From the NCBI GenBank assembly GCA_043228905.1, contig JBHGNT010000006.1:17484001-17548000 (forward strand): a stretch of DNA of 64,000 nt, given 5' to 3'. Positions 22,359 through 35,600 of the stretch are shown here, in pieces. Every line of letters starts with the position of its first letter. Positions within the stretch are counted from its first letter, which is position 1. A program made the translations under genes and the position numbers. The DNA comes from Azolla caroliniana (Eukaryota; Plantae; Polypodiophyta). Below the pieces are notes generated by a model. The model did no database searches. It was not told where the DNA came from and worked only from the letters and a program-made list of their open reading frames with translations.

Positions 22359-24532
22359 TCTTCACAAGCATAATCTTTGTTTTAGAGCTATTGACACTTA
22401 ATTAAGTATGCATGCGAAATTTTTCCAATGCCTTCATAAGCTTTTGTGCATCTCCTAAAGTATTTGCAAAAAGCACTACATCATCTTCATATAGCAAAAG
22501 CATAGTCACAACAATCCCAATGGCAACTTCTTCAACCCATTCTTCCTTTGCAAACTTGGTAACCATTTCTTCCAATTCATCAATGCATAGACCAAATAGT
22601 GTTGGTGAGAGTGGGCATCCTTGCTTAACACCAATAGTGCTTGTGAAAAAATCTGAAAGTTAATCTCTCATACGCACACAACATATAACCTTCTCAAAAA
22701 TTCAGGAAATTGCAAGCATATATTCACTTGGCACCTCAAGTTCTTCCATTCGCCTCCAAAGATGCTCATGAGGTAGCATATCAAAAGCTTTCTTGAAGTC
22801 TACAAAGCAACAATATAAACCTGTACCTCTAAGATGACTTTCCTCCATTAATACTCAAAGGGTGACAAGGTGATCAATGGTGCTATAGTGTTTTTGAAAG
22901 CCAACTTGTCCATAAGCACTCTTACCATTTTTTTCAGCCCATACACTTATCTTTGATTTTATTATACATCAAATAGTTTTGCCAATAATGAGCCAACCAT
23001 GATGGTTCAATAGTTCTTTACATTATTTACATCTCCACCTTTATCTAAAGGTTGGATCCAATTTGTAGTCCAATCGTACTATATACCATGTTGCAATGCA
23101 TCATTAAACATATCGATTATCCATACATGTGCTTCCTTTCCCGTCCATTTGAGCGTTTTAGCCTTTATACGTTGAAGATCGCTTGCCTTTTGAGAGGCCA
23201 ATTTCTTAAGTCCTATGCTTATATCTTCAATTGTAAAGAAGGGAAACATATGTGAAAGGGAGCCATAACACATCATCTTTCGGGTAAGAGATAACTCATA
23301 TAAATTCTTACAATGCATAGACAAGTCGTGAAGAGTTAAGTCACCATAACTCTCAACACGTTTCCCCTTTAGATTTCCCCAAAATTTAGCACATGCATGT
23401 GCTTTCTCTTGCGTTTGGATAAATTGTTGAGTAACAAACTTCCCATATTCTTCTCTTTCTTTGAATAAGCCTTTTATACTCATGCAAATTCTTTTGGTAA
23501 TTCTCTTTATCCTTAACTACATCCAAAACCATAAGGCACTTTCGAGCTTCACGCCATTCTTTATCAAACCATTTTTTCCTAAGTTTCTTCGTGTATTTCC
23601 AAGATGTGCGGTTGGTCGAAAAACATTTGTTTCTATAGGAGAGAATGACTTTCTTGAAAGCTTCCCATTTACATTCTAGTGTGGCACCATGTTGTATCTT
23701 TGTCATTTGTAACATATCCTCAACCATCTTGGAATACATGGGCACTCGCATAAGGTTCATGCTCAAGTGCGGTTGTTTATTATCTTCTATAGCCTTGTAT
23801 ATCAATACACCGAGTGAGAATTTATGTATACGATCCAAAATACCTTCGGAAAGTAGCACATAGTCAATCACACTATTTCTATTGTGTTTTCTACATGTAA
23901 AACCATTAGTGTTGGGCCATAAGGAAATAGCATTTGCAATAAGCAATCCACTACTATTGCACATTTGTCAGAGTAACTTCCCAAATTGGTCCGGATCTTT
24001 TTCATCATTAGAAGAGGGGCTATACATTTGCATATCCTCTTGCATCCTTGAGATGTGGCATGAAAGATTCTTGTGAATCAAGTTGGAAACTTCTTATACG
24101 AGCATTCATGTCACCAAAGACAATAACTTCCCCTTTGGATTTGAAATAAGCAATATCATCTTCTAGATTAGCAAAAGGTTGATCTTTATCCAAACAAGCA
24201 TAAAAGTTAGAATGTTGATGAGGAATGTACCATCCAACTACAAAAGTGGGCAAATCATTAGGTGTTTCTATTTTGAGCCATATGTAGCATTTATGTTCAT
24301 CATTTTTTAATATTTCTCTATTTCCTTCTTAATCAAACATGCCACCCCTCGTCCTCTTCTTTGTCTTGGATTTTTCTTCCATATCAAAGAGTGTATATTA
24401 TAGTTTCCTAAACCTTGAATCCTTTGAGTATCACGCTCCCATGTTTCAACAAGAAGTGTGATATCCGAGTCATCAGTGAACTCCTCTATGCCAAATTCCG
24501 CATTCCATGGGTATCCATTGGAATTCCAAAAG
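22359..24532 (-). pseudogene. LINE ORF2 (APE endonuclease + RT), decayed, 3'-truncated; RTEX-like
   Basis: FWNSNG, LLVETW, GDMNAR, SVIDY, WFDKE, CFVDFKKAFD, GVKQGCPLSPTLF, YEDD. Confidence 0.9.
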
Positions 24533-25014
24533 TGTTGAGAGACAAGCTCAACATCGACCGGATTGGCTGAAGAAGCCGAGGACTGGATCGGTTGGGACTG
24601 ATTGGTTAGGCCGAGTGCGTAAACCGGGAGGCCGTTAGGAAAGATATTCCGTGAGGAATATATTTGGGAGTTAGTGTAAGAGCTCTTAAAGACCATTCAA
24701 GTACGGTCAGTACTTCAGTCAGTCCTTTGAGGACTTGTATAAAAGTGTTCATGGAACACACATATGTATAGAGTAGTGAATCGAGATCCTTTGTTGAATA
24801 TAGTTCTTGTGTTTTCTCTCTCACTCTCGCTGTCTCTCCCGCGTATACTGCGTAAGCTCAAGCTCTCCATTAAACCTGAGTTTTCTTCCTTCTATTTTGT
24901 CTTCATACTAGCTTCCGCACGATACTTTTTACATGGTATCAGAGCGCGAGGGTTGAGAACCTCTCTGCAACCGACACAACTTGATGAAGAAGAACAAGAA
25001 GAACGATGGATAGA

Positions 25015-26210
25015 GGCATGGCGAGCTCGCTTCCAACAGAGAAGCTCGACAGAACCAACTACGCGTCTTGGTCCTACAGGATGCACCAATACCTGCTCGG
25101 GCACGGCTACTGGAGTTATGTTGAAGGAGCTAATGACGCGGCACTCGAATCGACACAAAGAGACTTCCCGTAGTGGGAGCAATCAATGAGCAGGGTATTA
25201 TACTACTTCACGTTGTGTGTGGGCGAACAACTATTGAGCTATTTTCGGGAAGCAAAGACGCCGAAGGGTGCGTGGGAAAATCTGAAGAAGATTTTCGCCG
25301 CGAGCACCATAGCTAGGAAGCTTTAGCTCTGACAGGAGTTGACCAACCTACGAAAACGCGACTTGTCGGTGCCAGACTATACCTCGAAGATCAAGGATAT
25401 CTGCAACTCCCTTGCCTCCATAGAGGTGAACATCGAGGAGAGCGAGATGGTCCAGATCTGGCTCGGAGGTTTGGCGTCGAAGTTCGGAGCGTTCCAGACG
25501 GCTGTGTGTACCCGGAAGAATACGCCGTCCTTTTTCGACTTACAGTCAATGCTCCTGGTAGAGGAGAACCACGCGGGTGCATCTACAAGCACGCACACCG
25601 ACATCAGAATGTTGTACACGGAGGGAGATAGGCCCCGTGAACGTGGAGGACGAGTGCTGGTACTGTGGCAAGAAAGGCCACAGGGAAAGTGAGTGCTGGA
25701 AAAAGCGTGCCGATTTGAAGAGAAACGGTTCCAGAAACGGCTCCGGACATACCGACAAGGGAAATCGGCAGCGATCACACTACGCCGAAGACCCCGGGAG
25801 CGCCGGAGAAGGGTCTGCCTTCGTGACGAGACACGGAGCAAAGTCAATGAAACGGATTACCCCGAGATCGGACGAGGTGTGGTACGTAGACTCCGGCGCG
25901 TCAAACCACATGACGAGCCATAAGGAGTGGTTCTCGTACCTTGAAAAACCGATACAACCTGGAGTAGTCGCAACTGGAGACGACACTCCGCATCCGATCG
26001 CGAATGTCGGAGAAGTTCCCCTTAGCCATGTCGGGCAGAAAGGGAAACTCATGAACGTGCTGCATGTTCCGGCAATCACGAAGAAGTTGGTCTCGGTCAG
26101 ATAGATCATCGACCAAGGGATGGAGGTTCGGTTTACACACCTCTGGTGCTTCATTGAGGAAGAAGTCCGTGTGATTGCGCAATGCGCAGAGACGGGAGGA
26201 TGTTCATCCT
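25015..26210 (+). pseudogene. A3 gag/protease, disrupted
   Basis: CWYCGKKGHRESEC zinc knuckle, WYVDSGASNHM. Confidence 0.9.
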
Positions 26211-27124
26211 TGTAAAAAGTAACGTGCGGAAGCAAGTATGAAGACGGAACAGAAGCAAGAAAACTCAGGTTTAATGGAGAGCTTGAGCTTACGCAGTATA
26301 CGCGGGAGAGACAGAGAGAGTGGGAGAGAGAACCCAAGAACTATATTCACCACACTCTATACATATGTGTGTTCAATGAACACTTTTATACAAGTCCTAG
26401 AAGGACTGATCGAAGTACTGACAGTACTTCAATACTCATTAAGAGCTCCTACACTAACTCCCAAATATATTCCTCACGGAATATCTTTCCTAACGGCCTC
26501 CCGGTTTACGAACCGATCCGGCCCTACCTATGCACCGGTTTACACATGCGGCCTAACCGATCGGTCCCAACCGATCCAGTCCTCAGCTTCTTTAGCCGAT
26601 CCGGCTGATGTTGAGCTTGTCTCTCAACACTCCCCCTCAAGCTCAACTTGAGGCTCTTCGGGATCTTCGGGCTCACAGCTCCGGTTCCTCTTGGCTTCAC
26701 GCCTCGCTCGCACTCCACGGCCTGTTTGACTCTGTGCGCTTCGACTCTTCCGGTCGGCTTGTTTGCTCATGTGGCCCTTATCAGCTCTTCTGCTGTTGCG
26801 GTGTTGACGCTTCTCCTGCTGCCTTTTCTTCCGCTTGGGCCTCGGTTGATTCAGCGTATCTGAATCAAACATCCGAACCGACTTGGCTACCTCCAATCGG
26901 TTTTCGCTCTCGTCCGAGTTGGCTGTCTCCAACTCGTCTTCGGTCTTCTCACCCTTGGTGGCGTCATCAACCCCATGCGTGGTTGGCTTTGGCTCTCTCC
27001 TTCGGTTGCTCCCCTTCTATCCGCTTCCGGACTTTGCCGCGGGTCCGCCCTCGGCTTCTTCAGCCGATCCAAAGTCGAACTCGACAACCGAGTCAACCGA
27101 CTCGGTGTCTCGGTCTCCGCTCCT

Positions 27125-30100
27125 TGTTGGAGACAAAGGCCGTCAATGCGGAAGATCAAATAGCATTCGATTCGTGTTGAGTACCTGCGTATGACAGAAT
27201 CGAAGATCGTGCACAGAGATGGAGAGAGAGAGAGAGAGAGAGAGAGGAGGCACAAAAGACTCTTTCTATTCAATAGAAACAATGATACAACCAACCTTAC
27301 AAAAAGGTTACAAGGTCACTATATATAGTGACCGACTTAGGGCAACTACCATTTATGCTAATTACACAAATGGCCCAAACTTGATCTATACAAAGGGATA
27401 GTGTGAATACGTCCATTATACACTTGTATTCGACACTCCCCCGTAATGGGCGTATACATGGGTTATCTAAGATTACAGGTATAAACCTAGGTTCTCGGAC
27501 ATATCAGTTTTGTTCGAGTCGGCAGGGTCCGAAGGCAGAAGACCGGACTGGTCGGGTCGGAAGAGTTGAAGCCGATCATTAGGGAACTGATGTCGGTTGT
27601 CTGAAACCATCCTGCGCTGTGTCCGGCTCTAACCGGACTGGTTTGTCGTTACGCCCATCTGATGCCGAAGGGACCGAAAGCGGTCTGCCGAAAGACACTT
27701 GGTCATTCCATCTGCGACATTGTCGGTTGTGGATATTTTCTCTAGACCGATTTTCCCTGAAATGGCGCAGTCCCGAACGAAGTGATATCGAACGTCGATA
27801 TGTTTGGAGGCGTTGTGGTGAACCGGATTTTTCGACAAGGCAACAACACCTTGACTGTCGCTATAGACAACTGGGGCCGAGTCATGGTCGACTTGTCGAA
27901 ACGTGTGCGCCAGCCGGCTGAGCCACAAAGCTTCTTTTGCAGCGTCGGACGCAGCTACATATTCTGCTTCGGTCGTTGAGGTCGCTGTGCACTCCTGAAG
28001 TTTCGACTTCCACGAAATTGCTCCATTGCCGAATTTGAAGCAGTATCCAGTTGTTGATTTCCGACTGTCTATACAGCCGGCGAAGTCCAAGTCGGTGTAA
28101 CCGACTACGCCTGAGGTTGAGTTCGGACCGAAAAGAATGCCGTGGTCTTTTGTGCCAGCCAGATATTTGAACACATGCTTGACTGCGTTCCAATGCGATC
28201 GGCCAGGATTGTGCATAAATCTGCTAACGACTCCTACGGCATGAGAAATATCAGGCCGTGTCGCGACCATCAGGTACATAAGGGAGCCGACTGCCGGTGC
28301 ATACGGTACCGACTTCATATCTTCCCCCTCCGGACCGGATGTCGGGCAGTCTCGCTGAGAGAGCCGAAGATTCATGGGGAGCGGGGTTGAAGCAGATTTG
28401 GCTGATTGCATGTTGAAGCGTTCCAAGACACGTCCGATATAGTCGGTCTGAGACGAAAAAAGATGTCGTTTATCGCGATGCCGACTAATCTTCATGCCAA
28501 GTAAGTGTCGTGCCGGACCGAGGTCCTTCATGGCAAACTTCAACCGCAATTGCCGAATGAGATCGGCAAGTTCGCCTGCGTGGCGTCCAGAAATTAGCAT
28601 GTCGTCCACGTAAATGATGAGGAAGATGGGTGATCCATCTTGAGCTGTGTTGGTAAAAAGTCAATGGTCCTCATCGCTTTTGGAGAAGCCGATCGATTGG
28701 ATGAAGTCGTCGAACTTCTTGTACCATTGTCGCGGTGCCTGTTTGAGGCCGTATAGACTCTTCCTGAGTCGGCAAACTAGATGTTCTTGGCCAGTGGCCA
28801 CGAAGCCTTTTGGCTGCTCCATATAAATTTCCTCTTCAAGATCACCATGGAGGAAGGCTGTTTTGACATGTAGCTGAATCAGCTCCAAGTTGTCGGCTGC
28901 CACTACGCCGAGTAGAAAACGAAGGGTTGTCATTTTCACCACTGGTGAAAAAATCTCGTCGAAGTCGACGCCATATTCTTGTCGGAAGCCCTTCGCAACT
29001 AATCTGGCCTTGTACTTTGGGGTGGTCGAATCAGACGTCTCTTTTAGTCGATAAACCCACTTGCAAGGAAGAGCACGTCGATTCTTAGGTAATTCGACCA
29101 GATCCCAAGTCTTGTTTGCCCGAATGGAGTGCATTTCCGACTCCATCGCCAGATGCCAGGTGGCTGAATCGACAGATGTCGATGCTTCTTCGTAAGACGT
29201 CGGTTCGCCGGCGTCTGTGAAGAAAATTCCAGGAGAATACCTCTCCGGAGGTTGCGACAGTCTCTCGGATCGTCGAGGTATGATTGGACTGGTCGCATCG
29301 GGTATCGAGGTCGGATGGTCCGAAAGCGAATTATTCTGCTGTGCCGAGTCAGAGTTGTCCGAGTCGGTGGTGTAAGGTTCAGCTACCCGTGAAGCTGACC
29401 GTGTGTTAAGAGCGGGGCCTTCTTGAAGGGTCGGCACATCGGAAAATGTTACCCTTCGGACTTCGATCGGTTTTTCGACTGATGGATTCATAGCCGACTC
29501 GTTGAACACAACGTCCGAACTTCGAACGATTTGTCTGCGTTCGGGGTCCCAGAGTCGGTATCCCATTTCGCCGTCTGATCCATATCCAAGGAAAATGCAT
29601 TTCCTGGACCGAGGTGCAAGTTTTCGGCGATCATCTCTCGGAATAAGGGCGTATGCCTCGCATCCGAAGATCCTCCGCTTGTCGTAATTCGGCCTACTGC
29701 CGATCCATAGTTCCTGAGGAATTTGAAGTCCTAGAGGTCTGCTTGGCGACATATTGATTATGTGTACTGCCGTGAGTAGAGCCTCTGCCCAGAAGCCATC
29801 CGACAGTCCGGAGTGTTGGAGCATGGAAACTATCCGTTCTTGGATTGTCCAATTCATGCGTTCTGCAATCCCGTTTTGCTCCGGACTGTGTGGTGCCGTA
29901 AATTCACGTCGGATGCCGCGTTGTCGGCAGAATTTGACGAATTCTTCTGATTTGAACTCTCCCCCATTGTCGGTCCGAAAGCATTTCAGTTTTCGGTCAG
30001 TTTGATTTTCTACCATAGCGAGCCAATCGGAGAAGATCGAGAAGACACGATCTTTGGTGCGAATTGGATAAGCCCACACCTTTCGAGTCGAATCGTCAAT

Positions 30101-32666
30101 AAAACTGACGAAGTAAGAGGCACCGCCGAGAGACTGATGCGGCATTGGGCCACAGACGTCCGAGTGGACTAAATCGAGAGGTCTCGTTTCTCTTGGTGCT
30201 GATGTCGGGTGTGATGCGGCTGCTTGTTTGCCATACTGGCAATGTTCGCAGAATTGATGGTCCGAGAAGGAGAGTTTAGGGATGTATCCGGCTCTAGATA
30301 GGTGCGTAATGCCGGCCTTGCTGAGGTGTCCTAATCTTCTGTGCCATAGTGATGACACAGGAATATCCACCAAAAACAGGTTACCCTCTCTGAGCGTAAC
30401 ATGTAACGGATACAGTGAGTGTATCTTGGGTCCTCTAGCAAGCAGGAGGTTCCCCCTGTGGAGTGTCCACCCTCCCGAAGAAAAACCGGCACGAATGCCG
30501 TCTTCATCTAGTTGTCCGACTGAGATCAATGGCCTTGAGAGCTCGGGTACATGTCGGACATTGTGAAGTACAAGTGTAGAGCCACCTGCAAGGTTGAGCT
30601 CTACTATGCCGATTCCAATGATGTCACAGTGTTGCGAGTTGCCGACTCGAACTGAGTCGGAGTGACGGATCGTATATTGCCGAAATTGGGATCGATGAGG
30701 AGTCACGTGAAATGACGCGCCCGAATCTAAGAGCCATGTGCTCGATTCTTCAGTCGTGAGCAGAACTTCTGATCCGACTGGATTTTCGATTGATAGTATA
30801 TTCGGGTCGTTTGGTAGCACATCAGCTGAGAAGCTGACGTAATTGATCTCCTCATGCCGGCCACTCTTCTTGTCTGATTTCTGAGACTTGTCGTTCTTGT
30901 TCTTGAGTGCGCGGCAGTCGGCTTTGATGTGTCCGGGTTTCTTGCAATAGTTGCAGATTCGATTATCCCGTGACTAGCTCCGTCTTCGCTGATTGTTCGG
31001 CTGCCGTGAGGAATCTCTTCCTCGTATGTTCGATCGGTCTGTCGAACCTTGTACTACATAAGCGTCGTCTGTTGAGTCTTTGGCGAAAGACTTTCTCCGA
31101 GCTGCTTCGGTCAGGATTGCGCTCGTGACTTCGGAGTATTTAACAGCCGTGGTTGACGCGTTCCACACGGTTGTGACGAAAGTTTCCCATGATGAGGGAA
31201 GGCTGCTCATGAGTATCATTGCTCTGAGTTCATCCTCGATTGCCGTCCCCTGAGATGAGATTTGGGAGCTTATGCTTTCGTACTCATTGAGATGTGCTTG
31301 AACCGAATCTGATTCTTTCATCCGCAAGTTGTAGAGGCGCCGGATCAGAAACATCTTTGTTGCAGCGACCTTCTTTTCGTAAGTGTCCGACAGTGTTTTC
31401 CACAGTTCGAATGCTGTCGTACACGATTGCACCGTAAAGTATACCGATTCCGATAGGTGCATCCGAATCGTGGCGCGGACGATTCTGTCCAGCTTCTGCC
31501 ACTCAATTGGTTTGTATCCTTCTGGAGGTTCTTCATTTTCGATGGGATCGATTTGCCCCTTGACTATGAGATAGTCCTGCATTTGCTCCTTCCAGAAGTT
31601 GAAGTTCGATCCATCGAACTTTCGTAGACTCATTTCTGACGAGCCGGATGTTGATGCCATCAAATTTGGTTTCGGTTGACGAAGCTCGGTTCGGAGTTGA
31701 CTACGAACCTTGTTGGAGTGCAGCCGGTTGGCTCACCCGATATCGTTCTAGTCGGATTTGAACCCGAGTCGGTTTGGCTTCGGATATATGTATTGTTGAA
31801 CTTGCTCGAATTGACTCCGGTAACTTGAGGGACAGAACCAACTGGTCTTCCCGAATGTTGCCGAGTCGGAGTGAGCCCGGTTCGCTTCCGAATATATATG
31901 CCAAATACCGATTATTGAAACCGATTGTCTGGACCGATTCTGCTTCGGGTGACTGCAGCGATGACAGAGACGGATCCAACTGATCCTCCCGAATGTCGAT
32001 CAGCTGGATGAAGCACGAATTTGGGTTGTTGTCTTGAGACCGATCTGCACCGAGTGGTTACAATGAGCGGCGAGCAGCGTTTGATGACCTCTTCGGATGC
32101 CGTTTAACCGAGTGGAGCACGATCGTGTCAATGTTGCACAAGGGGATTTCACCTCGAGCGGTTACGATCACAAGGAACAGAGTACAACCGGCTGGCTTAC
32201 TCCAAGCGAAGATGATCTAACGCGATGAGATGCAAGCCTCGTTTTTCTTCTTCTTCTCTCTTCTTCGAATGACGCAAAAAACCGAATGCTGTGCAGGCTT
32301 AGACGACGGCCGACAGCGGGATGAAGGACCGAATACTGTGCAGGCTCTGATACCAAATATTGGAGACAAAGGCCGTCAATGCGGAAGATCAAATAGCATT
32401 CGATTCGTGTTGAGTACCTGCGTATGACAGAATCGAAGATCGTGCACAGAGATGGAGAGAGAGAGAGAGAGAGAGAGGAGGCACAAAAGACTCTTTCTAT
32501 TCAATAGAAACAATGATACAACCAACCTTACAAAAAGGTTACAAGGTCACTATATATAGTGACCGACTTAGGGCAACTACCATTTATGCTAATTACACAA
32601 ATGGCCCAAACTTGATCTATACAAAGGGATAGTGTGAATACGTCCATTATACACTTGTATTTGACA
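27125..32666 (-). mobile_element. Full-length Copia family B element (B2), TSD CTCCT, nested in A4
   Basis: LTRs 27125-27435 and 32358-32666 (~2 substitutions plus a GA indel); PBS 32344-32355; ctcct at 27120-27124 and 32667-32671. Confidence 0.97.
27629..31663 (-). pseudogene. B2 Gag-Pol with two in-frame stops (30974, 28661)
   Basis: Three same-frame ORFs nearly identical to the B1 polyprotein. Confidence 0.95.
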
Positions 32667-32671
32667 CTCCT

Positions 32672-35600
32672 TTCCTGCTGCCTTGCTTGGTCATTCGGGG
32701 CTGTTCTCCCCCTCAAGTTCAGCACGTGGAGGTGACGCAATCCGAGCGCACCTGAGAATTGCCGCAACTTGTCCAGACCAAGAGGCTTGGTGAAGAAGTC
32801 GGCAGTCTGCCGATCCGTCGGAACGTACTAACCTTCGACTTCACTGGAAAGGACACGCCCACGGACGAAATGGTAGTGCACCTCAATGTGCTTGGTCCGT
32901 GCGTGGAAAACAGGGTTTTTCGCGAGCTGGATGCTGCTGAGGTTCTCGCAGTAGATCGTCATTGGATCGGACACCTCCACCTGCAGATCCTTAAGTAGCC
33001 GCTTTAACCATATGGCTTCGCATGTCGCGACAGCCGCTCCTCGGTACTCAGCTTCGGTGCTCGACAGTGCAACTGTCGGTTGCATCTTACTACTCCCCGC
33101 GATCAGGACACTCCCGATGGAGAACGTGTATCCTGACGTGGATCGGCGATCGGTGGCATTGCCAGCCCAATTAGCATCGGTGTAGCCGACTAACTGCGCG
33201 ACTGCACCGGTCCGATATAGCAGTCCCCGGTCTTTAGTGCCGTTGACATAGTGAAGTATGCGTTGCGCACACTGGAGGTGCTCCTCGGTAGGTCGCGCCA
33301 TGAACTGACTGATCACTCCGACTGGATAACTGAGGTTGGGTCGGGTGATGGTCAAGTATATGAGGCTTCTGACAATTTGTCGGAACCTCGTTGGGTCGCA
33401 TACCTTTCCCGTATCGGGACGAAGCTTGACGGTTCTGTCTAGAGGAGTCGAGACGGAGTTACAGTCGGCCATCCCGAATTTGAAGAGCATACTCAGCACG
33501 TAATGACGTTGGCTGATCAATATGCTTTCGGGGGTACAGATCACTTCGATCCCGAGGAAGTAATGAAGGTCCCCCAGATCCTTCATGTCGAACGATGCCG
33601 CAAGCTGGAGCTTCACGCAATCGATTTCACCTAGGTCGGCGCCGGTGATGACCAAGTCATCAACATATAGTAAAATACTAACCGGTCCGAGTCGACCTTT
33701 CCGGATGAACAGGGAAGAGTACGATTTTGACGCGACGAAGCCCATCCGACGCACTTGTTGCGTGATCTTTGCGTTCCAAGAACGCGGGGCTTGCTTCAGT
33801 CCGTAAAGGGACTTCTTCAGTCGGCATACTACCGAGGAGTTCGTTCTAGAGTGAAATCCGGGGGGCTGTACCATGTACACCTGTTCCTCAAGGTCACATT
33901 GCAGGAACGTATTCTTTACATCCATCTGATGTAAGTGCCACCCCTTCACCGTAGCTACTGCGAGCAAAACACGGACGGTCGTCATTTTCGCAACCGGCGC
34001 AAACGTCTCATCGTAGTCAATGCCGTGTTTCTGCGCGTAGCCCTTTGCCACTAGCCGAGCCTTGTACCGGTTGATCGAGCCATCGGTGTTGTACTTGACC
34101 TTGTACACCAACCTACACCCGATCGGTTTTACCCCTTTTGGTGCGTCAACCAGGTCCCAGGTCTCGTTCTCCGCCAATGCGTGCATCTCTTCCTCCATCG
34201 CGGCACGCCAATTCGCGTCTTTAGCCGCTTTTGCGTAGCTCTCCGGCTCACGCACTTCCGCTACATGGGTCATGTACGCATAATGATGCGCCATGTACTC
34301 GTTGTATCCAAACCGCAAAACAGGATTCTTCTGGCGGGTAGATCGGCGTCATTTTACATTAGCCGATGTCGAGGCCTTCTCGGTCGATGCGGTCTTCACT
34401 TTTAAAGACCCGTCACCAGTTCCCTCGGAGTCGGACTTGCGTCGGTCTGACTCGTTCCTATCCGTGCCGGAATCCGACACCTTCTTCTTCCCTTTCTCTT
34501 TGCGCGTAAGCCGTCTCCTCGGCTTCCTGCGTGGGGAATGCACGGCCGAGTTTCCACTACTCGTCGGCTCTTTATCGGACTGGTCGTACCAACTCAGTCG
34601 TCCAATTGGTCCACTTAAACGGAGTGAAATCAGACTCTCTTCGCGGGTCTCGATTTCGGGCTCATCAGGAGGCATCTCGGCCTCTTTGACCTCATCGTCA
34701 GAGCTCGGATTGGAGTCGGGGTTCGGAGTCGGGGGCTGGTACCAGGACGCGGACTCGTCAAACACAACGTCGCGGCTAACACACGCTTGTTTGGTGCGAG
34801 GGTTATAGCACTTATAACCCTTCTGCTCGTCCGAGTAACCGACCAAGATGCATTTCTCGGCCTTTGCTTCCAGCTTCCTCCTTTTCTCCTTCGGTACAGG
34901 CACATACACAATGCTACCGAGCAGCCTCAAGTGTCGCAAGTTCGGCTTCGTTCCGAAATAGAGCTCGTGCGCCAACACTTTGTCTCCGATCCGGTTCTGG
35001 ATGTATACCGCGATCCTTACCGCCTCGGCCCATTAGAACTTCGGCAAGCTCTTCTCCTCCAACATTGCCCGTGCCGCTTCCACAACTGACCAATTCTTCC
35101 TCTCGGCCACGTCATTCTGCTCTGGCGTGTATCTACAACGGAATTCGCGCCGAATTCCCATTTGTTGTAGATAACCGTTGAATTGACCGGAGAAGTACTC
35201 TTTCCCGCCGTCCGACCGCAGACACTTGATCTTTCGTCCCGTTTTCGTTTCAATGAACCCTTTGAGGTCCCGAAAATAGTCGAAGACTTCGCTCTTCCTC
35301 TCAATGAGGTAGATCCACGTGTGCCGCATGTGGTCGTCGATGAAGGAGACGAAATATCGGCTCCCGCCAAGACTAACGTTTTGTGCTGGCCCCCATACAA
35401 CGGAGTGTATAAGGTCGAGCTTGTTCCGGCTCCGCTTTCGCTCGTTGGGGAAGGGAAGTCGGTGTTGCTTCCCGAGCTGGCAGGCTTCACAAATTTGTGC
35501 CTTTCGGCCACTAAATTTGGGCAATCCGAACACTACGTGTTTCGATTTCAAATCTTGAAGCCGCTGGTAGTTGACGTGGCCTATCCGCTTGTGCCACAAG

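Noticed and set aside
10249-32666. Segmental duplication or misassembly producing B1 and B2
   Set aside because: Different TSDs, flanks, leaders and LTR variants show independent insertions.
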